Shown: positions 58,753-64,000 of the stretch, piece after piece
Layout: the number at the start of each line of letters is the position of its first letter
How positions within the stretch are numbered: the stretch's first letter is position 1
From: Clostridia bacterium
GTDB lineage: Bacteria > Bacillota > Clostridia > Christensenellales > UBA1242
Direction: 5' to 3'
Assembly: GCA_016297845.1 (NCBI GenBank)
Contig: JAEDFV010000001.1
Location: 80 to 64,079 of the forward strand
DNA length: 64,000 nucleotides
Program-made: the position numbers and the translations under genes
The notes under the pieces: model-generated
What the model was told of the DNA's origin: nothing
Database searches by the model: none
The model's input: the letters and a program-made list of their open reading frames with translations, nothing else

Positions 58753-59589
58753 CTATTCTTTTCCCAGCACTTTTTCTGTTACATTGACAATAAATTCAAT
58801 ATTCCCAATCTTTGGAATAGCAACAGTGTAATCTATTTTTCTACTTTTGGGTTCTGTTATTTCGCCATTAATAAAATAATTATAAAGACCAGTAGAATAT
58901 CCATATTCTTCAGAATCTGTTGTTATATCAATTCCATAGGAGATTGATTTAGATTCTTCATAATATTTTCTTGTGAACACATACAAATCTTTTTCAATAG
59001 GTTTGTTATTTTTTGTGAACGCCCAACCAACAAAGGTCTTTCCCGATTCACGAGTGTGGTTAATAATTATTTTACCCGAAGAATCAACTGTTTTGTCTGC
59101 GCTTGCACCATTTGTTTCTCCAAACACACCAACTTTTCCTATGCTCATATCTCCTGCATCTTCATAAACTCTTATATTTATAACTTTGTCTCCGGCCTCA
59201 ATTTTTGTCAGTCCACCTTTTGCTTCAACATATAAAGTTGGCAAAGCAATAAACAATTTTCCATCTTCAAGCTTCCAAATTGGCGCAGAAATAAAATTGT
59301 TGTTTCCAACACTAAACTTATAGTCAACATCTTTCTTATATATGACATTGTTGATTGTTATTGCTGATAGTTCGTTTATCTCATTATCTTCGACTTGAAC
59401 ATAGAAATTATCATCAGAAACTTTTTCAAGTTCTGAATTTTCTGCCTTGTTATAATATGTTTCTACAAGTGTTGCAGAAATAGTTGCACATTCTTCAATT
59501 AAATTCTTATCTATTGTTAGATTTTCACACCCAGTAAAACAGAGAGGAATAAACAAAAATAATAATAAAATTGACAATATTTTTTTCAT
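58753..59589 (-). CDS. hypothetical lipoprotein, 278 aa
   Basis: Signal peptide MKKILSILLLFLFIPLCFTGC|E with a lipobox-like FTGC, followed by a beta-rich body. I recognise no family. Confidence 0.65.
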   Translation of the reverse strand: MKKILSILLLFLFIPLCFTGCENLTIDKNLIEECATISATLVETYYNKAENSELEKVSDDNFYVQVEDNEINELSAITINNVIYKKDVDYKFSVGNNNFISAPIWKLEDGKLFIALPTLYVEAKGGLTKIEAGDKVINIRVYEDAGDMSIGKVGVFGETNGASADKTVDSSGKIIINHTRESGKTFVGWAFTKNNKPIEKDLYVFTRKYYEESKSISYGIDITTDSEEYGYSTGLYNYFINGEITEPKSRKIDYTVAIPKIGNIEFIVNVTEKVLGKE

Positions 59590-59674
59590 AGTACGATTGT
59601 TTCCTAAAATTTTTACATTAAACTCTTTTCTTTTTTAAATTCTTGTGATATTATCTTCATCAAGGAGAACAATT

Positions 59675-60562
59675 ATGACAAAGAAAAAACCTTGGTGGGT
59701 AAAATTATTAATATCATTACTTAGTTTAGTATTGGTTGTTGCAATTGCAATAGGTGGAGTTTATTTTTATGCTAAAAGTAAATTTGGAATAGACATTTTC
59801 CAAACAATTTCTCAACTTAAAATAATGGCACAAGACGTTGATGAAGCAACAATGTTCACAAACAAATTTACAGAAGAAGATATGAAATCTGCAAAAGAAA
59901 CTGTAAATGAAAAAGCAAAAGATGTGATTGCATATAATGAAACCGACGGCTATTCTATCACCACAAGCGGTTTGACATCAGAATCTAATTTAACAGGCGA
60001 AATAAAATTAACTGACAAACAAGTTGGGGCTGTTCTTAACACAATAATCAATGGCAGCGAAAGTGATTTAAAAATAAATTTTGGAAGTTATGAAATTTCA
60101 ATTGAAATTATACAAATTAAATTTGAACAATTAGACATTGAAAATAATACTGCCGACGTAAACATTGTGTTGAAGCTTGACATTTCGGCAATAAAAAATT
60201 CAATGAATTCTTTCCCTTTAAGCCTTTTCAATAAATATATTCCTAAAACTTTGTATATCTCTTCTACATGCACAGTAACAAAAGGTTCTAACCCATTTGA
60301 ATATAACGTACAAGGAAAATCTCTTACAATAAATAAATTAGACAAAACACAATCTGAAAATATTGTGAAGGTTCTAGATTTGGTTACAAAAATTGGAACT
60401 TCAACTCAACTTTGCGAAACACTCTGCACACCTATGATTGATGCAATAATTGGAAATGAAACCAACTCAGGATTTGCATATTCATTAAAATCACTAGGAG
60501 CAAAGGACTATGCTTTTGAAACAGTTTCCGAAACGATTTATTTTGTAATAAAGGTTGCATAA
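59675..60562 (+). CDS. hypothetical N-terminally anchored membrane protein, 295 aa
   Basis: The start is moved to the ATG at 59675, with SD AAGGAGA 6 nt upstream. MTKKKPWWVKLLISLLSLVLVVAIAIGGVYFYA forms a signal anchor. Confidence 0.6.
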   Translation: MTKKKPWWVKLLISLLSLVLVVAIAIGGVYFYAKSKFGIDIFQTISQLKIMAQDVDEATMFTNKFTEEDMKSAKETVNEKAKDVIAYNETDGYSITTSGLTSESNLTGEIKLTDKQVGAVLNTIINGSESDLKINFGSYEISIEIIQIKFEQLDIENNTADVNIVLKLDISAIKNSMNSFPLSLFNKYIPKTLYISSTCTVTKGSNPFEYNVQGKSLTINKLDKTQSENIVKVLDLVTKIGTSTQLCETLCTPMIDAIIGNETNSGFAYSLKSLGAKDYAFETVSETIYFVIKVA

Positions 60563-60592
60563 AAAAACTCGAACTTGATGTTCGAGTTTTTA
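60563..60592. terminator. bidirectional intrinsic terminator
   Basis: A7-CTCGAAC-ttgat-GTTCGAG-TTTTT, between convergent genes. Confidence 0.75.
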
Positions 60593-60597
60593 TTATC

Positions 60598-60825
60598 TTA
60601 GACATTTAAAATTCTGCAAATGCGTTTTTGAGCAAGCATGAAAATTAAATCAAGAATCCACATGATAAATCCAAGACCAATTAATCTGATAATTCCAGCA
60701 ACAATTTTGCCTTCTTTAAATCTTGTCAATGCTCCCAAAATCCAAGCGGTAACAGGTATTATCGCAAGAATAACGCTTATAACATAGCCAAGTCCAAAAT
60801 AATCTCTTTTCCCTGATTTTGCCAT
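60598..60825 (-). CDS. small two-helix membrane protein, 75 aa
   Basis: Strong SD GAGGAGGGAAGG. It contains two hydrophobic helices (YVISVILAIIPVTAWILGAL and GIIRLIGLGFIMWILDLIFML). Confidence 0.55.
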   Translation of the reverse strand: MAKSGKRDYFGLGYVISVILAIIPVTAWILGALTRFKEGKIVAGIIRLIGLGFIMWILDLIFMLAQKRICRILNV

Positions 60826-60925
60826 TGTCCTTCCCTCCTCTCTGGAGAGATTATACTACATATTTCAACAAAAAGAAAATAAATGATTGTAATTTTTTCA
60901 AAATTTTAGTTTGTTTAAACATAAA

Positions 60926-60948
60926 ATAAAAAACACGCCCAGGCGTGT
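60926..60948 (-). terminator. intrinsic terminator after tRNA-Arg
   Basis: Minus strand: ACACGC-cugg-GCGUGU, followed by UUUUUAUUUU. It starts 3 nt after the CCA end. Confidence 0.7.
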
Positions 60949-60951
60949 AGT

Positions 60952-61028
60952 TGGTGCGTCCTGAGGGATTCGAACCCCCGACCTTTGGTTCCGTAGACCA
61001 ACGCTCTATCCAGCTGAGCTAAGAACGC
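60952..61028 (-). tRNA. tRNA-Arg (anticodon ACG), 77 nt with encoded CCA
   Basis: The reverse complement reads GCGTTCT-TA-GCTC-AGCTGGATA-GAGC-G-TTGGT-CTACGGA-ACCAA-AGGTC-GGGGG-TTCGAAT-CCCTC-AGGACGC-A-CCA. It forms a canonical cloverleaf with the anticodon loop CU-ACG-GA. Confidence 0.92.
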
Positions 61029-61034
61029 ATAATC

Positions 61035-61083
61035 GATTTTCAAATTGGACTTGAAAGGGAGGTGTATTATCCAATCTGAAATC
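61035..61083 (-). other. long hairpin in the tRNA-Arg 5' leader with a CACCUCCCUUUC loop
   Basis: Arms at 61035..61049 and 61070..61083 pair over 14 bp, with one bulged base. The one non-canonical pair is G-U on the minus-strand RNA but A-C on the plus strand. The 20-nt loop reads UAAUACACCUCCCUUUCAAG. Confidence 0.5.
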
Positions 61084-61092
61084 AACTTTGTT

Positions 61093-61121
61093 ATTATAAA
61101 CAAAAAAGCAGTTTTTGTCAA
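61093..61121 (-). promoter_or_regulatory. consensus sigma-A promoter for tRNA-Arg
   Basis: Minus strand: TTGACA (61121..61116), 17 nt, TATAAT (61098..61093). The -35 hexamer is built from the stem and loop of the upstream terminator hairpin. Confidence 0.6.
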
Positions 61122-61127
61122 CTGCTT
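61101..61127 (-). terminator. intrinsic terminator of the 767-aa gene
   Basis: Minus strand: AAGCAGUU-gacaaa-AACUGCUU (61127..61106), followed by UUUUGUUU. Confidence 0.6.
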
Positions 61128-61158
61128 TCTTTTATTTATTTTAAATTTATTATGAGCT

Positions 61159-63462
61159 TTATTCACGTCCAGTGTCAGTATTGTGTGTTGGTTTATATGT
61201 ACCATTATCAATTGCTTCTTGCTTTTGCTTCTCTGTTTCCCTGTTCAGTCTTGCAATATATTCCTCTAAATCATTAGGATTTTTGTCTTTAGCATTTGAT
61301 GGGGTAAATTCGGCCGCGTTTGCAAGTGCATTTGAAACTCTTTCAGTTACATTGTTTTGCCCTTCAGGATTTTCTTCAGAAATTGGTTCTCCTTCTTCAA
61401 CTGACACTTCAGATGTAATATCTGCTTCAAAACTATTTTGTTCAGCATTTTCAGTTACTTCAGGATTCTCTTCTATTGTGGTTTCATTATCAGATTGTCC
61501 CTCAGATTGTCCCTCAGATTGTTCCTCTTGGTTTTCTTCTGTTAAAACTTCGTTATGAGCATAAGTTTCCGTTTGTTCATCATTATTTGTTATTGAATCG
61601 TTAATAGTTTGACCTGAACTTCCGTCTTGACTGTCATCTGGAGATGCACTGTGGTCTTTTTCTTTTGCTTTCTTTTCTTTTCTTCTAACTCGCCTTGCTT
61701 TTCGTTCATTACGTTTTTCTTTACGTTTTTCTTTACGTTTTTCTTTACGTTTTTCTTTACGAGCCTCACGGTCTTTTGTTCTGTCTTTTGACTTAGATTT
61801 TGAAGGTTTTTCTTCATCTATTTCCCTAAGCACTTGTAGTTTGCCTGCCCCGGCATCGGCAACAACTTCTGTTGACAAAATTGTTCCCATACCTATCGCC
61901 AAAGAACCAAAAGCAAAACACATTGAAATAAGCCCTGCAAGTCCTGCAAGAAGGGAAATCATAACAAACGCACCCAACATTATTCCCATTCCCCAATATT
62001 TTGCTTTTGGAGATGTAACAGCATATCTTTTCTCTGAAGGACTGTTTTTCTTCGTTTCTTGTTTTTCTTCGTTTCGTTGTTCAACTACAGTTTGTTCTTG
62101 GACGTTTTGTTCATGTTGATTATGTGGGTTTTCTGTTTCGTGTTCTGATTTTTGAGTTTTCTCAACTTCGCCTGAAACACCTTCTAAGTCCTGTTCCGAA
62201 GTTTGTTCTTCCGAAACAAATCCTTGTGAAGTTTCGTCTGGCTTTACGACATCTTCAAGGTTTCCATCACCTTCATTTTTTGCCCCAGTCGTTTCTTCTT
62301 CAACTACAGGTGTTCCAGATTCTTGTTCTGAAGCTTCGTCTTTAGATCTATCAATTTCTTGGTCTTTCAATTTCTCTTCATCAATAGAAAAATTAAAATC
62401 TTGTTTTAAATCTTTTATTTCAACAGGCACAGATTGATAATTCCCAGCAAGAGGATTTGTTAGGTCAATATGCTTACCCAAGCTGCCAAGTATTTGATTT
62501 TTTTCTGCATAATGATAAAGTTTACTTAACGCTTCTCCATCCAACTTAGGAATTAAACAAGCAGTATCATTTCCAACAGAATCTTTTTCTTTTTGTTTAC
62601 TCTTTTTGTTAGGAATTAAATCCGAAACAACATTGAACTTAACTTGGTCAAAATTTTCTAATAAATTGTCAACTTCTCTTCCGCTTACAGTCTTTATTTC
62701 ATTTCTTATATCTGTAACAGTTTTTGCACTATCAGATTTAAGGCAAAATTTAAGCTTTGATGATAGTTGTGCAACAATAGGGTTGTTATTTTTGTTTAAA
62801 ACATAAATGTAAGTTACTTTTTTATCAGCTGACTTTGATGACTTTGTGGAATGTGGATTATCTATTGTAACTAATCTTAGTTTTTTGTTCTCACCATCCG
62901 CCGCCAAATCAAGAGATAAAGCATCAATATTGTTCTTTTTAAATATTTCTGGATTATTTGCAATTATATCAATAGCTTGCACAGGAAGATCTTTAACAAT
63001 TATTTTGCCAGATGCAATGTCATTGAGATAGTTGTTTGATAAACTTATATTAGCAGGGCTATCATATTTTAAATTAAGGCTTTCTTTTGCTTCACCCGTG
63101 CCTTTTGTGATATTTAAACTTGTTGCATCTAGGTTTAATTTTAACCCTTCAGCTTTTAATGAAAATTTAAAGTCCTTTTTAATTTCAAACTTAGATAATG
63201 GAATGTTTACAAAATCTTCATCTATTTCAACATCTTTAATTTTATTGTCTGCAAAAAAAGTTTCCAACTTTTTTTCTTCGTCTTTTTTAATAGAAACAAA
63301 TTTGTTCCCTTTTTTGTCAACAACAACTTTAACTCTATCAGAGCCATCACGATTTATAAAGTCATAATTTGTTTCATTATTTTCCGAAAAAAGAACTTTA
63401 AACTTTACATTGCTTTCGGGTTTATTGTTCAAAACTTCAAAACCATTTTCAAAAGCTGTCAT
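61159..63462 (-). CDS. hypothetical 767-aa membrane protein with extreme charge-block low-complexity regions
   Basis: SD GGGGGA. An N-terminal ~370-aa globular part has no signal peptide. It is followed by an acidic E/Q-rich linker, then hydrophobic helices (YWGMGIMLGAFVMISLLAGLAGLISMCFAFGSLAIGMGTIL). Next comes a K/R block, KEKRKEKRKEKRKEKRNERKARRVRRKEKKAKEK, and then an acidic tail containing EQSEGQSEGQSD. Confidence 0.7.
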   Translation of the reverse strand: MTAFENGFEVLNNKPESNVKFKVLFSENNETNYDFINRDGSDRVKVVVDKKGNKFVSIKKDEEKKLETFFADNKIKDVEIDEDFVNIPLSKFEIKKDFKFSLKAEGLKLNLDATSLNITKGTGEAKESLNLKYDSPANISLSNNYLNDIASGKIIVKDLPVQAIDIIANNPEIFKKNNIDALSLDLAADGENKKLRLVTIDNPHSTKSSKSADKKVTYIYVLNKNNNPIVAQLSSKLKFCLKSDSAKTVTDIRNEIKTVSGREVDNLLENFDQVKFNVVSDLIPNKKSKQKEKDSVGNDTACLIPKLDGEALSKLYHYAEKNQILGSLGKHIDLTNPLAGNYQSVPVEIKDLKQDFNFSIDEEKLKDQEIDRSKDEASEQESGTPVVEEETTGAKNEGDGNLEDVVKPDETSQGFVSEEQTSEQDLEGVSGEVEKTQKSEHETENPHNQHEQNVQEQTVVEQRNEEKQETKKNSPSEKRYAVTSPKAKYWGMGIMLGAFVMISLLAGLAGLISMCFAFGSLAIGMGTILSTEVVADAGAGKLQVLREIDEEKPSKSKSKDRTKDREARKEKRKEKRKEKRKEKRNERKARRVRRKEKKAKEKDHSASPDDSQDGSSGQTINDSITNNDEQTETYAHNEVLTEENQEEQSEGQSEGQSDNETTIEENPEVTENAEQNSFEADITSEVSVEEGEPISEENPEGQNNVTERVSNALANAAEFTPSNAKDKNPNDLEEYIARLNRETEKQKQEAIDNGTYKPTHNTDTGRE
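61491..61526 (-). repeat. 12-nt tandem repeat x3 (coding; SEGQ units)
   Basis: cagattgtccct, cagattgtccct, cagattgttcct. Confidence 0.9.
61711..61761 (-). repeat. 12-nt tandem repeat x4.25 (coding; KEKR units)
   Basis: acgtttttcttt occurs four times without mismatch, followed by acg. Confidence 0.95.
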
Positions 63463-63489
63463 CTTGTTCCCCCTTTTAATTTATACAAT

Positions 63490-63518
63490 ATTCTATCATC
63501 AGCATACTTTTTTGTCAA
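63490..63518 (-). promoter_or_regulatory. sigma-A promoter for the 767-aa gene
   Basis: Minus strand: TTGACA (63518..63513), 17 nt, TAGAAT (63495..63490). Confidence 0.55.
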
Positions 63519-63585
63519 TAGCAAATTATCAAATTTATTATGTAACAAATGTTTAAAATAATAATTTTTTGACAACAATTGTTTC

Positions 63586-64000
63586 ATGAAACGCATCATC
63601 ATAACATTTGTATTAATACTTATTCTTGGTGGCATTGCAACATTTGGCATTTTAAACCAAAAGAACTCTTCAGCAAACTCAGAATATTTACGAATTCATA
63701 TTCGGGCAAATTCAAACTCAGAAATTGACCAAAATGTAAAATATCAAGTTCGCGACGCTGTTGTTGAAGCAATGATTCCTTTCCTTTCCGAATGCACTAC
63801 AAAAAAAGAAGCTGAAAGAATAATTGAAAGCAATTTCTCATACATAGAAGGAATAGCAAATTCTGTGCTCCTAAAAAATGGATTTACATATACTTCAAAA
63901 GCACGCCTGGCAAATGAAGAATTCCCAACCAGAAGTTATGACGGAATTGTTTTTGAACAAGGTTTTTACGACGCCTTAATTCTAGACTTAGGAAATGGCG
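63586..64000 (+). CDS. spoIIR: stage II sporulation protein R (5' part; runs off the window)
   Basis: It is absent from the ORF track because there is no stop in the window. ATG at 63586. Translation: MKRIIITFVLILILGGIATFGIL (signal anchor), then SEYLRIHIRANSNSEIDQNVKYQVRDAVVEAMIPFL...FPTRSYDGIVFEQGFYDALILDLGNG. This matches the SpoIIR signature (LR[IL]HV.ANSDS..DQ.LK..VRD ... Y.AL.I.IG.G). Confidence 0.85.
   Translation, partial: MKRIIITFVLILILGGIATFGILNQKNSSANSEYLRIHIRANSNSEIDQNVKYQVRDAVVEAMIPFLSECTTKKEAERIIESNFSYIEGIANSVLLKNGFTYTSKARLANEEFPTRSYDGIVFEQGFYDALILDLGNG

Noticed and set aside
61057-61155. A strong plus-strand SD-like GGGAGGTG (61057..61064), possibly driving a 28-codon hydrophobic mini-ORF (IQSEINFVIINKKAVFVNCFLLFILNLL).
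   Set aside because: The only in-range start would be ATC at 61069; there is no ATG, GTG or TTG. The same bases are better explained as the loop of the minus-strand tRNA leader hairpin, given the G-U versus A-C asymmetry. I keep it only as a remote possibility.
60915-61211. A 98-aa minus-strand ORF covering tRNA-Arg and its leader.
   Set aside because: It translates straight through a canonical tRNA, a terminator and a promoter, so it is an ORF-caller artefact.
61491-61761. Short tandem repeats as a possible CRISPR or other non-coding array.
   Set aside because: The repeats are contiguous with no spacers. They are 12 nt long, in frame, and encode KEKR and SEGQ low-complexity peptide blocks inside an intact ORF.
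63459-63650. A 63-aa minus-strand ORF across the divergent spoIIR promoter region.
   Set aside because: It overlaps the spoIIR start and the promoter of the 767-aa gene. It has no SD, and its composition is typical of translated AT-rich intergenic DNA.

Overview
AT-rich chromosomal segment that looks like an endospore-forming Firmicute of the Clostridia type (spoIIR is present). It uses the standard genetic code: mutS and miaA both end in TGA, and all housekeeping ORFs are intact.

Left part, all on the minus strand: tRNA-Pro, a ynbB-like PLP enzyme, miaA, mutL, mutS, a small membrane protein, a short miaB-like methylthiotransferase, rpoC and rpoB.

Centre (15980..44677, 28,698 nt, about 45% of the window, minus strand): three tandem giant ORFs of 3,634, 2,707 and 3,215 codons. 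They encode Ig-like plus GLUG-type glycine-repeat surface proteins.

Right part: a ttcA-like PP-loop enzyme, gyrB, a MazG-like ORF, gyrA, cca, a type-2-like valS, two glycosyltransferases, several membrane proteins and lipoproteins, tRNA-Arg, a 767-aa charge-block membrane protein, and the 5' part of spoIIR.

Near-consensus sigma-A promoters (TTGACA-17-TAnAAT) and intrinsic terminators can be read by eye in most intergenic regions.

Main observations:
1. A complete IS1-family element (805 bp, inverted repeats, 8-bp target duplication, intact 237-aa transposase) lies inside the 3,634-codon gene. IS plus duplication is 813 bp, exactly 271 codons. The host frame runs codon-for-codon antisense to the transposase and stays open through the whole element.
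2. The 3,634- and 2,707-codon ORFs are in the same frame, separated by a single TGA that falls inside a repeat unit. The downstream ORF has no SD and no signal peptide. Together they are, or were, one 6,343-codon gene.
3. Three genes (ttcA-like, miaB-like, IS1 transposase) have a -10 box 6-7 nt upstream of the ATG and no SD, which suggests leaderless mRNAs.
4. The tRNA-Arg gene has a structured 64-nt leader that shows a 16S-3'-end-like CACCUCCCUUUC loop.
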